Source: a plasmid. Taken from it: a stretch of 64,000 bases of DNA. The position numbers were made by a program, and so were the translations under genes. The stretch lies in the sequence record NZ_CP031419.1; one strand, 5' to 3'. Position 1 is the first letter of the stretch, and each line of letters starts with the position of its first letter. Below are positions 56,263 through 64,000 of this stretch, piece by piece. The notes beneath the pieces are model-generated. The model was not told the origin of the DNA and ran no database searches. It saw only the letters and a program-made list of their open reading frames with translations.

Positions 56263-57197
56263 GCGATCACCAGGTCCTCGAGGTAGCGCAGCGTCGGGGT
56301 GCCGGTCAGGTCGACTTCGACGTCGAGGCCGAGCGGCAGCGGGAACTTGGTGGAGGTGTGCCCGAATTCGGCGCCGGTGACGATCGGGAAGTTCCCGCCG
56401 GCGCAGCGCAGGATCAGCTCGTCGTAGGTCTCGTCGGGGGCGTCGTCGCGGGGGCTGTCGACCGGTGCGGCCACGACCAGACCGGCGATGTGGTCGAGCA
56501 CTCCGGCCAGCCGCAGGTGGGTCAGCGCGGCATCGACCTGCACCCACGGCACGAACACCTCCTCGAGGATCAGCACCGCCCCGCGGGTGTCGGGCATCCA
56601 CGGGGTGCCGACGAGGGCGCGGATGGTGCCCAGGTGGCCACCGACGACCGGGCCGGAGAACACCCGCCCGGCCCCGCGCGGCACCCGCCAGTCGCTGCCG
56701 GAGACTGTCTGTCCCTTCACCCGGCCGGACACGATGGACCAGAACCGGTCAGCGGTCGCCGAGTTCACCGGTTCCCGGGTGAAGTCGTAGCCCGTGGGCC
56801 CGTGCACGGTGGCCAGCCCGGTCCGCGCAGTGATCGCATTGGCCACGATCACCGGGTCCGACAAGGCGGTGAACACCGTCGGGTTCTCGGCGATCACCGC
56901 GTAGTCGAGCAGGTCGAGCAGCTGCGCGGCGCCTTTGCCGCCGGTCGCCGGGACGATCAGGCCGATGCCGGGGTCGGCGAAGGCGGCCATGAGGTCGGCG
57001 GCCCGGTCGGCGGGCGGCCCGGCGAGGTAGCCCGTCGCGGCCCGCGCGTGCGCGCCGACGGTGACCGGGTGCCCACGATCAGCGAAATACGCTGTGAGCC
57101 GGTCGAGTTCGTCGCCGGGGACCGGTGAGGAGGTGGAGACGATCGCGACGCCGGTGCCGGGGGTGACGGCGGGAGGCCGGATTACGGGGCGGGTCAT
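56259..57197 (-). CDS. LD-carboxypeptidase (peptidase S66, MccF/LdcA-like)
   Basis: 313-aa real part of track ORF 56259..59222 starting 'MTRPVIRPP'; ATGA overlaps both ends. Confidence 0.6.
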   Translation of the reverse strand: MTRPVIRPPAVTPGTGVAIVSTSSPVPGDELDRLTAYFADRGHPVTVGAHARAATGYLAGPPADRAADLMAAFADPGIGLIVPATGGKGAAQLLDLLDYAVIAENPTVFTALSDPVIVANAITARTGLATVHGPTGYDFTREPVNSATADRFWSIVSGRVKGQTVSGSDWRVPRGAGRVFSGPVVGGHLGTIRALVGTPWMPDTRGAVLILEEVFVPWVQVDAALTHLRLAGVLDHIAGLVVAAPVDSPRDDAPDETYDELILRCAGGNFPIVTGAEFGHTSTKFPLPLGLDVEVDLTGTPTLRYLEDLVIA

Positions 57198-59590
57198 GGT
57201 TGTGGTGCTCCTGCTCGTGTCGTCGGGTCGATGTCGCGCACCACGCGCACGCCGACCAGATGCCCGCACTTCTCGGCGGCTTCCAGCGGGCGCACGGTCG
57301 TGCGCAGGAAGTACGTGTTGGAGGCCACGTCCCCACCCCGGTAGACCGGGTGGCCGCGGTAGGAATCCGAACACCACTGCCAGACATGGCCGGTCAGGTC
57401 GGCGAGACCGAACGGTGATGGCCCGTCGTCTCCGTCGTCGATGGTAGACACGGCCGCACCGCGCTCCAAGCACCGTGGCGGACCGGGCAACGCTGCGCCC
57501 CAAGGGAACCAGCGCCCGTCGCTGCCGCGCGCGGCGTACTCCCATTCGGCCTCGGTCGGCAGCCGGCCACCAGCCCAGCCCGCGTACCGGTCGGCCCAGT
57601 CGAACGGCACGATCACCGGCTCGGCGGGCCGCTCGGCCCGCACCGGGGTCTCGGCGAGGGTGAACCCGCCACCGGCCGCGTGGGCCGCGGCGGCCGCGTC
57701 GTCGGGGGCCAGTGCGGTCAGGAACCGGGCGAACTGGGCGCGGGTGGCCGGGGTGACGCTGAACCACACGCCGGCGATGTCCACCGGCGCCTGCCCGCGT
57801 TCCCCGATGGGCTCGATGCCGAACACCGCCCGCACCACGTCGGCTTCGTCGTCGGTGAGGCCGGGCGCGAACCGGGCGGCGGGCAACCGGATCTCGCGCG
57901 CACCGTCGACCGCGCGCCGCCGTGTCGGCAGACCGGTCGCCGGTTCGGCGGCCGGGCGGGTGGTGAGGTAGTTGGTGAGCACGGTGAGCATGTCGGCGGG
58001 GGCGATGCCGTCGCGGGTCGCGGTCGGGCCGGTGAACCAGGCCCCGCCGTCGCCGATCCCGTCGGGCCCGTGCTCGGCGGCCCACCCGATATCGGCGAAC
58101 CAGGCGGCGTAGGCGTCGTTGCGGCCGTTGGGCCGGAACACCGCGGTCAACGTGGGGATGTCGCGGCGGTGGGCGTCGCGGCGGATGAGATCGAGCATCC
58201 GCTGGTGCGTGCCCGCCCACAGCAGGCGGCAGCTGGCCAGCAGCGAGTCCAGCCGCGCCGTGCCGTCGCGGTAGTCGACCTCGGCGACGCCGACGATTTC
58301 CGGCGCCAGGGCCGTGCCGTGGTAGCGGACCTCGAACGCCAGCACCGCCCAGTCCGGGTCGGCGGCCAGCTTGGCCAGTTCGTCGGCGCTGCGCCGGGGG
58401 GAGGTCATGTTGAACTGGTTGCTGCGCTGGTGCAGCTGCGCGCACCGGTCGAGCACCGCCGGGTCGGTGGGATCGGTCAGGCACACCACTTCCGGGATCA
58501 GCTCGCCGGTGGCCTTGGCCCGATAGAACGCGGTGCGGGCGGTGTCGGAGGCGGTGACCGGCGCCGCACCGGGAGGCGGAAGCTGGGCCAGCAGGTCCGC
58601 GACGAGCAGCGGCGGCCCGGCCACCGACGGCACCCGCAGGTCCGGCCACACCGTGCGGGCCCGTTCCTGCTGCGCCGGGTCGTCGTCGACGAACACCACA
58701 CTGTCGGGGGCGATGCCGTCGAAGAAGCCGAGGATGTCGGTGATCCGGTCGGCCTTGTCGATATCCGGCTGCGCCCACAGCCCGGCCAGCCCGATATCGG
58801 CGGCGTGGGCCTGCACCGCGGCCGCGGCGGCGTCGCGGTCGTTGCGCGACAGGCCCGCCACCAGCGTGCCGTGGGAGCGGCGATCGGCCAGCACCGACCG
58901 CCACACCCGGTGCGGTGCCGCAGCCAGCATGTCGGTGCCGTCGAGACCGGTCGTGCCGTCCTCGGCGACGGTGCCGGGCCACAGGACTCCGTCGAGGTCG
59001 CTGATCACCGCTTTCGGCCCCGGCTGGGTCTGTGCGGCGATCAGCTGCCAGTGCAACCAGGCCGTATCCACCAGCCCCGCCCACAGCGCGGCCGCGCGGA
59101 TGTGTCGCCCCATCGCCCGCAGCGCCGCCGACGTCGCCGGGTAGTCCGCGCCGGCGGACAGCACATCCAGGGACGCGACCCGGTGCAGCGCGGCCACCGT
59201 CACCCCGTGGCGGGCAGCCCACTGCGACAGGGCGCGGTTGGCGTCCTCGATCACCGCATCGATCCGGCCGTCACCGGTGAAGGGCACGGTCTGCACGATC
59301 ACGGCGGGTTCGGCGGCCGCGACCTGTTCGACGGCGTCGACCAGGCCGGTGGCCGCGCCCGCGTCGCCGGTGAAGATCGCGGCGGCTTCCGGCAGGGCAG
59401 CGGTGACCAGCACGGTCGCGGTGATCTCGTCGCGGTCGGGGGCCAGGCGGGCGGTGAGCCGTCCCAGCAGCTCGCCCAGCGCGGGCAACGCCACCGGCTC
59501 GGGCAGCAGACGCAGGCACAGCCCGGCCCCGGGGTCGCCGAACCCGGACTCGAGGCTGGTGAGCCAGTGCAGGTAGTTGGTCTTGGTCAT
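57194..59590 (-). CDS. fusion protein: HAD/FkbH-like phosphatase domain + central domain + C-terminal FGE/SUMF1 (EgtB/PvdO-type) domain
   Basis: 'VISDLDGVLWPG…VVFVDDDP' HAD motifs I/III; C-terminal 'GRLPTEAEWEYAARG…GHVWQWCSD…YRGG'; start ATG 59590 (MTKTNYL). Confidence 0.7.
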   Translation of the reverse strand: MTKTNYLHWLTSLESGFGDPGAGLCLRLLPEPVALPALGELLGRLTARLAPDRDEITATVLVTAALPEAAAIFTGDAGAATGLVDAVEQVAAAEPAVIVQTVPFTGDGRIDAVIEDANRALSQWAARHGVTVAALHRVASLDVLSAGADYPATSAALRAMGRHIRAAALWAGLVDTAWLHWQLIAAQTQPGPKAVISDLDGVLWPGTVAEDGTTGLDGTDMLAAAPHRVWRSVLADRRSHGTLVAGLSRNDRDAAAAAVQAHAADIGLAGLWAQPDIDKADRITDILGFFDGIAPDSVVFVDDDPAQQERARTVWPDLRVPSVAGPPLLVADLLAQLPPPGAAPVTASDTARTAFYRAKATGELIPEVVCLTDPTDPAVLDRCAQLHQRSNQFNMTSPRRSADELAKLAADPDWAVLAFEVRYHGTALAPEIVGVAEVDYRDGTARLDSLLASCRLLWAGTHQRMLDLIRRDAHRRDIPTLTAVFRPNGRNDAYAAWFADIGWAAEHGPDGIGDGGAWFTGPTATRDGIAPADMLTVLTNYLTTRPAAEPATGLPTRRRAVDGAREIRLPAARFAPGLTDDEADVVRAVFGIEPIGERGQAPVDIAGVWFSVTPATRAQFARFLTALAPDDAAAAAHAAGGGFTLAETPVRAERPAEPVIVPFDWADRYAGWAGGRLPTEAEWEYAARGSDGRWFPWGAALPGPPRCLERGAAVSTIDDGDDGPSPFGLADLTGHVWQWCSDSYRGHPVYRGGDVASNTYFLRTTVRPLEAAEKCGHLVGVRVVRDIDPTTRAGAPQP

Positions 59591-60354
59591 GGGAGATCCC
59601 CCGGAATATCGGCGTCCAATCGGATGATCTGGCCGCTCACGTACTGCCACGACGGGTCGCACACCACCGCGACCGTCGTCTGCGCGACCTCGTCGATGCT
59701 CAGCGCGCGGCCCCACGGCAACCGCGCGTAGTAGTCGGCCGGGTCGGTGATGCCTTTGCGGGCCAGGATCTGCTCGGCCATGGGCGAGCAGATCAGCGAC
59801 GGCGCAACCACATTCACGCGCACCCCGTGGCCCGCCTCTTCCTTGGCCAGCGTCCACGCCAACGCCTCCAACGCCGCCTTCGACGCGCTGTAGGCGCCGT
59901 TGCCGGGCGTGCAGGTCGCCGCCGCCTGCGAGCTGAGCACCACAACCCGCGCCCGCCCCGACCGCGCGGCCGGATGCACCGCCCGCCACATCTGGTGCAG
60001 CGCACCGGCATTGACCGTGAACAGGTCGGACAATTCGGCGGGGGATGTCGCGTCCAGGCGGGCCTTGCTCGAGGCCGCGCCGGCGGCGAACACCATCACG
60101 CCCAGGTGCTGCCCGACGGCGGCCGCGAGCCCGCCGAGATCATCGCCGGACCGGGCATCGAACCGGGTCCAGGTCAGGTCCGGCGCGGCTGGGCCGGTGC
60201 CGGTGGTCGAGGTCGCCACGACGCGATGCCCCCGCTCGAGCAGAAGCTGCACCACCGCGGCGCCCACCGCGCCGCTGCCACCGATCACCAGCGCAGCACC
60301 CGCACCGTCGCGCGGTGCGTGCCCGCCCGTCTCAGACTCCAGCGCGGCGGCCAC
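59587..60354 (-). CDS. SDR-family oxidoreductase
   Basis: 'ALVIGGSGAVG' Rossmann motif; 'YSASKAA' catalytic YxxxK; GTG 60354 with GGAAGGAGG RBS. Confidence 0.75.
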   Translation of the reverse strand: MAAALESETGGHAPRDGAGAALVIGGSGAVGAAVVQLLLERGHRVVATSTTGTGPAAPDLTWTRFDARSGDDLGGLAAAVGQHLGVMVFAAGAASSKARLDATSPAELSDLFTVNAGALHQMWRAVHPAARSGRARVVVLSSQAAATCTPGNGAYSASKAALEALAWTLAKEEAGHGVRVNVVAPSLICSPMAEQILARKGITDPADYYARLPWGRALSIDEVAQTTVAVVCDPSWQYVSGQIIRLDADIPGDLP

Positions 60355-60748
60355 GGTCGCCTCCTTCCACCGGGTCGGAGTCGGGGTGGTCGGTGACGAA
60401 CATGTCCTGGAAGCGCATCTGCCGGTCCGGGATGCCGAAGAACGCGCCGATGGCACGGGCCCGCTCGGCGGCCGCCTCGTCGCCGCGCCGGACCTGGACC
60501 ACGACACCGGGAAAGATCACGATCATCAGCTCGTCGTCGAGCAGGTGCGCGTACCACCCATCTGGTGCGAGCACCGCGGCCAGCCGAACCGCGACCTCGG
60601 CGGCGCGTCCCGGCGCGACCTGCACCTCGAGCACCTCGACCGGGATGCGCCGGTCCAGCAGGTGCGGATACGAGCCGGTGAGCACCACCGGCATCGGCAG
60701 CGGCAGGCTCCGATCCGGCAAGCTCTCCCGCAACACGATCCCGCGCAT
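60332..60748 (-). CDS. small hypothetical protein (138 aa) between the B12-rSAM and SDR genes
   Basis: C-terminal portion of track ORF 60332..62263 from 'MRGIVLRESL…' is protein-like; remainder is antisense artefact. Confidence 0.45.
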   Translation of the reverse strand: MRGIVLRESLPDRSLPLPMPVVLTGSYPHLLDRRIPVEVLEVQVAPGRAAEVAVRLAAVLAPDGWYAHLLDDELMIVIFPGVVVQVRRGDEAAAERARAIGAFFGIPDRQMRFQDMFVTDHPDSDPVEGGDRGRRAGV

Positions 60749-60750
60749 GC

Positions 60751-62106
60751 TCAGCTCACCCCCGCGCCGGGTGCCTTGACCAGGCGAGTGTGCGCGCGAG
60801 CGCGGGCCACCATCTCGCTGCTGGTCCACGGCGTCTGCGAGTCGTAGTAGTCGAAGTCCGCCCACTGCGCCAGCGTCGTCGGCGCCTGGAACCCTCGTTC
60901 GAGCGCCAGGTCGAACAGCGGAACGCCCGGGAAGGGCCCGAACAGGTGCACGCGGGTCTCCGGACGCGGGTCCAACGTGCTGATCTCCTCGATCAGGCTG
61001 TAGGTCGCCTCGATCTCGGCCTCGGTCTCGTCCGGGAATCCGACGATGAACGTGTACGCGCCGAGAATCCCGTGGTTGGCGATATCGCGGGCGACATCGA
61101 GAACCTGGGCTCGGGTGACCTCCTTGCGCACCACCTCGCGCAGTACCCGGTCGTCGCCGGACTCGATACCCATCAGCAGTCGGCGGCAGCCGGAATCGGC
61201 GATCGAACCGAGCAGGTCGAGCCGCTGCTTGCGGGCGCGCAGCACGTCGTTGGGGTTGATCGAGGCCGCCCACGCCAGGTCGATGCCGCGCTCGGCCTTG
61301 AGCTGGCAGAACTCCACCGCCCGGCGCACGTTGACGAACCAGTCCGCGTCGTAGAACTTCACCCCGTTGATGCCGTAGCGATCGGCGAGGTCGGCCAGGT
61401 CGTCCAGCAGCGAATCCGCCTGCATCGCACTGTATTTGCGCTGATAGGTCAACTCGTAGCAGAACGCGCACTTGTACACGCAGCCCTGGGAGGACACGTA
61501 GTTCAAGGTGCGCGGCGCCACGGTCGGGTCGTCGCGGATGTAGTCGCCGACGGCCAGCAGGTCCCACGGGTAAGCACCCAGGTTCCCCGCCCGCGGCGGG
61601 TTGATCGGTCCCTCGATCCGGTTGCGGCCGTGCACGGCGAGCAGGCCGGGCACCGAGTCCCAGCCGGCCCGGTTGCGCAGGGCCTCGACGAACGCGGGCA
61701 TCGATGCCTGTCCCGGGCCTGCCAGCGTGACGTCGACCAGCTCGTGCTCGGCGGTCTGCTCGGCGAGCACATTGACGTGCGGGCCGCCGAACACCAGCGG
61801 CGGGCAGCCCGGACGGTTCTGCGCCACCTCGGCCATCTCCAGGGCGTGCCGGATCTGCGCGCCGCCGGTCATGATGCTGATCCCGATACACATCGCCCGG
61901 TCGGCGTGCTCGTCGAGGAAGCCCGGCCACTCGGTCTGCGGACGCTGGTTGCCGTCGAAGATCACCACCTCGACGCCGTTGTCCATCAACGGTTTGGCGA
62001 TGGTGAGCAGCGAGAACGGCATCCAGTGGTACAGGTAGTCCTTCTCGTGCTCCACCTGCGGATACACCAGGATCACCAACGGGCGATCCACCAGCAACGC
62101 GGTCAC
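60751..62106 (-). CDS. B12-binding radical SAM enzyme (class B rSAM)
   Basis: N-terminal cobalamin-binding domain; 'CVYKCAFC' CxxxCxxC; GTG start overlapping upstream gene. Confidence 0.85.
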   Translation of the reverse strand: MTALLVDRPLVILVYPQVEHEKDYLYHWMPFSLLTIAKPLMDNGVEVVIFDGNQRPQTEWPGFLDEHADRAMCIGISIMTGGAQIRHALEMAEVAQNRPGCPPLVFGGPHVNVLAEQTAEHELVDVTLAGPGQASMPAFVEALRNRAGWDSVPGLLAVHGRNRIEGPINPPRAGNLGAYPWDLLAVGDYIRDDPTVAPRTLNYVSSQGCVYKCAFCYELTYQRKYSAMQADSLLDDLADLADRYGINGVKFYDADWFVNVRRAVEFCQLKAERGIDLAWAASINPNDVLRARKQRLDLLGSIADSGCRRLLMGIESGDDRVLREVVRKEVTRAQVLDVARDIANHGILGAYTFIVGFPDETEAEIEATYSLIEEISTLDPRPETRVHLFGPFPGVPLFDLALERGFQAPTTLAQWADFDYYDSQTPWTSSEMVARARAHTRLVKAPGAGVS

Positions 62107-63188
62107 GACGACACCCCCACCACGGGCAGCATCCGAACCCCGCTGGACTGGCCGCCACCGGGGTGGAAGCTCGCCCCGGCGTAGGTCGCCAACGCATCGG
62201 CCAGCGCACGCTCCAGCCGCGCCGGATCGTGCAGGATCGGCGCGAGCGGCACCGAGATCTCATCCCGCAGCAGGCAGAACTGCAACCGGCGATCGGCGGT
62301 CAGCCGCAGCGCCATCAACGCATCATGGCACGGGAAGAACCGGCACCCCGAGCACACATCGCCGTACCAGGCCCCGGCGCGGCTGTCCTTCAGCACGACC
62401 TCGAATCCCGAGGCCAGGGTCATCACCGTCATCGGGTGGCCGAGCCCGCCCTGAGACCGGCTCTCCACCACCACCGCGCGGGCCCGCAGCCCTCCCGCCA
62501 CCTCCTCCAGCGGCACATACAGCGACTCGACCGTGGCACCGCCGCGGGTGATGGCCAGCCGCCGGGCGAAGGACTCGGCGCCGGCGTCCAGGTCGCGGAT
62601 GACATCGAGCAGCTTCAGCGTCGCCACGCCCTCGCTCTCGCACCACGCGGCCAGATCGGGCACCTCACCCGCGTTCACCCCGGCCATCACCACCGTGTTG
62701 ATCTTCACCGGCACACCGGTGGCCACGCAGGCGCGCATCGCCGACTGCACCTCGGCCAGGTCGTCGATACCGCAGATCTGGCGGTGCAGGCCCGCGTCCA
62801 AGGTGTCGATGCTCATGTTGAACTGGGTGACCCCGGCCGCGGCGAGCGCACCGGCCCGCTCACCGATTCGCGGGTGCCGCGAGATCACCTCGATCTCCGA
62901 CATCCCCGCATCCCGCAGCCCCGCCACCGCTTCCTCGAGCGGGGCCCACAGTGCCGGATCACCACCGGTCAGCTTGATCGAGGTCAGGCCACGCTCGACC
63001 AAGGGCGCGACGACGGCCAGCAAGTCGGCCACGGTCAGTTCCTCCCCCGCGGTGGTGGCCACCGCCTCCCCCGAGGGGCGGCAGAAGAAGCACGCCCGCC
63101 CGCACCGCGAATTCACCGTCACCCGGAACTGCGGCAGCCGCTCGGGGAAACCTTGACGTTCCGACATTGCTTTCATACCTGTCATCAT
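62103..63188 (-). CDS. radical SAM enzyme, MoaA-like with C-terminal auxiliary Cys cluster
   Basis: 'CGRACFFC' CX3CX2C; 'SIKLTGGDPALW'; C-terminal 'CSGCRFFPC'. Confidence 0.8.
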   Translation of the reverse strand: MMTGMKAMSERQGFPERLPQFRVTVNSRCGRACFFCRPSGEAVATTAGEELTVADLLAVVAPLVERGLTSIKLTGGDPALWAPLEEAVAGLRDAGMSEIEVISRHPRIGERAGALAAAGVTQFNMSIDTLDAGLHRQICGIDDLAEVQSAMRACVATGVPVKINTVVMAGVNAGEVPDLAAWCESEGVATLKLLDVIRDLDAGAESFARRLAITRGGATVESLYVPLEEVAGGLRARAVVVESRSQGGLGHPMTVMTLASGFEVVLKDSRAGAWYGDVCSGCRFFPCHDALMALRLTADRRLQFCLLRDEISVPLAPILHDPARLERALADALATYAGASFHPGGGQSSGVRMLPVVGVSS

Positions 63189-63222
63189 GAGCCCATCTCA
63201 AGCGAAATTGCCGACAGTACAA

Positions 63223-63268
63223 CAGAATTCGATGTCAGTGTTTCTGTGCGCGGCGCGCGAAACCCTGA
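63223..63268. promoter_or_regulatory. inverted repeat GATGTCAG-N30-CTGACATC upstream of the rSAM operon
   Basis: lower-GC leader region between divergent genes 63188 and 63317. Confidence 0.3.
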
Positions 63269-63316
63269 CATCGAGAGTGCTTCCGAACCACACCGAACCG
63301 GCTTAGGCTCGGCGGC

Positions 63317-63709
63317 ATGATCAAAGGTGTGCTCATCGCCGAAAGCCTCGTCGCGGGCGCGAAGATCGAAGCAATCCCGCTCACCCTCACCGGCGTCTAC
63401 CGGGTCGCGGTCACCGATGCGGCGGACTACCAGCCGCCGGTGTGGACGATCATGTATTTCGACGCCGACGACGCGAACGCTGACACGCTCGCCGAGCGAT
63501 TCGCCGACCAACTCGACGCCCCGGGCTGGTACGTCGACATGCACAACGACACCACCGTCTACGTCGTCTTCCCCGGCAAGGTGTTCCGGTACGCGATCGG
63601 CGACCCCGCCGGCCGCGCCGAAGCAGTCGCCTACGCCACCGGAGTGGCCGGAGTCCCCGACACCCAGCTGTGGGGCGAAGGCAACACCCCCGACCCCGCA
63701 CTCACCTGA
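63317..63709 (+). CDS. hypothetical protein
   Basis: 130-aa ORF with protein-like composition, divergent from rSAM operon. Confidence 0.5.
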   Translation: MIKGVLIAESLVAGAKIEAIPLTLTGVYRVAVTDAADYQPPVWTIMYFDADDANADTLAERFADQLDAPGWYVDMHNDTTVYVVFPGKVFRYAIGDPAGRAEAVAYATGVAGVPDTQLWGEGNTPDPALT

Positions 63710-63821
63710 CCAGCACGCCTCCGCCATACCGTTGAGCGGCGCGCCGAGCGGCGGCGCAGTAATCGGGTTGTCGCCCATTGCATTCCCTCCCAGTAGTAGT
63801 GCTGCTCAACGGTTTTGAGGC

Positions 63822-64000
63822 TCACCCCGGCCGCTGGCATCGAGTGGCCAGCCGGATGCCGAAGGCGTCCTGGTGGATGGGAATCGTGTAGACCGTGGGC
63901 ACCGTGCATCTGCCGGTCAGCAGATCCGCGACCAGGTCGTCGAGGCCGCCCGCGAGTTGCGCGGCGTGGACCTCGGCGAAGTGCACCTCGCTCCCGGTGG
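63822..64000 (-). CDS. 3' end of a gene continuing beyond window (hypothetical)
   Basis: frame reads '…TGSEVHFAEVHAAQLAGGLDDLVADLLTGRCTVPTVYTIPIHQDAFGIRLATRCQRPG*'. Confidence 0.3.
   Translation of the reverse strand, partial: TGSEVHFAEVHAAQLAGGLDDLVADLLTGRCTVPTVYTIPIHQDAFGIRLATRCQRPG

Noticed and set aside
56259-59989. Very long N-terminal extensions of track ORFs 56259..59222 and 57194..59989
   Set aside because: Upstream parts are Arg/Gly/Pro-rich read-through of the neighbouring gene in another frame; real starts identified by ATGA overlaps and protein-like composition
60332-62263. 643-aa ORF
   Set aside because: Only the last 138 codons look like protein; the rest overlaps the B12-rSAM gene in another frame
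1-64000. IS elements / transposases, rRNA, tRNA
   Set aside because: No DDE-transposase-like ORF, terminal inverted repeats, or RNA gene signatures were recognisable by eye

Overview
High-GC (actinobacterial-type) DNA, with translational coupling (ATGA/GTGA overlaps) throughout. Coordinates roughly 1.5-46.4 kb look like a plasmid-like or integrated mobile element. It carries a replication/maintenance module: a Prim-Pol-like Rep, GAAACTTCCCACAC iterons, parA-parB flanked by the 16-bp palindrome GTAAACCGCGGTTTAC, and two overlapping tyrosine recombinases. It has a mobilisation module (MobC + relaxase preceded by an oriT-like triple palindrome) but no T4SS ATPases that I could see. Other cargo: a DnaG-type primase fused to a glutaredoxin (CPQC) domain; a long Dcm C5-methyltransferase with three TRD-like repeats; a 2444-aa N6-MTase/SNF2-helicase (DarB-like); an RHH/MazF-like toxin-antitoxin pair; and about 30 small hypothetical genes. 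Two non-coding signals run through the element. One is a 15-bp AT-rich motif (TTTTAGATACATTAG; 11 copies plus 2 variants), orientation-locked upstream of transcription units. The other is a repeated promoter-leader cassette (TTGACN-16/18-TAATAT, stem-loop with loop GTGTCCGGT, box CCCCACTCGCA, then RBS/start) present in 3 full and 4 leader-only copies. From 46.4 kb on, apparently chromosomal: hisG, a dGTPase, a kinase-like protein, two GT4 glycosyltransferases, XRE/TPR and WYL regulators, and a 9-gene translationally coupled operon. That operon has two radical-SAM enzymes (MoaA-like and B12-binding), a small protein, an SDR, a HAD(FkbH-like)-FGE/SUMF1 fusion, an LD-carboxypeptidase, an HhH-GPD glycosylase-like protein and a GT4; it resembles an undescribed biosynthetic/modification pathway. 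No rRNA, tRNA, CRISPR or transposase was recognised. Many long ORFs in the track are antisense/GC-rich artefacts and were not called.
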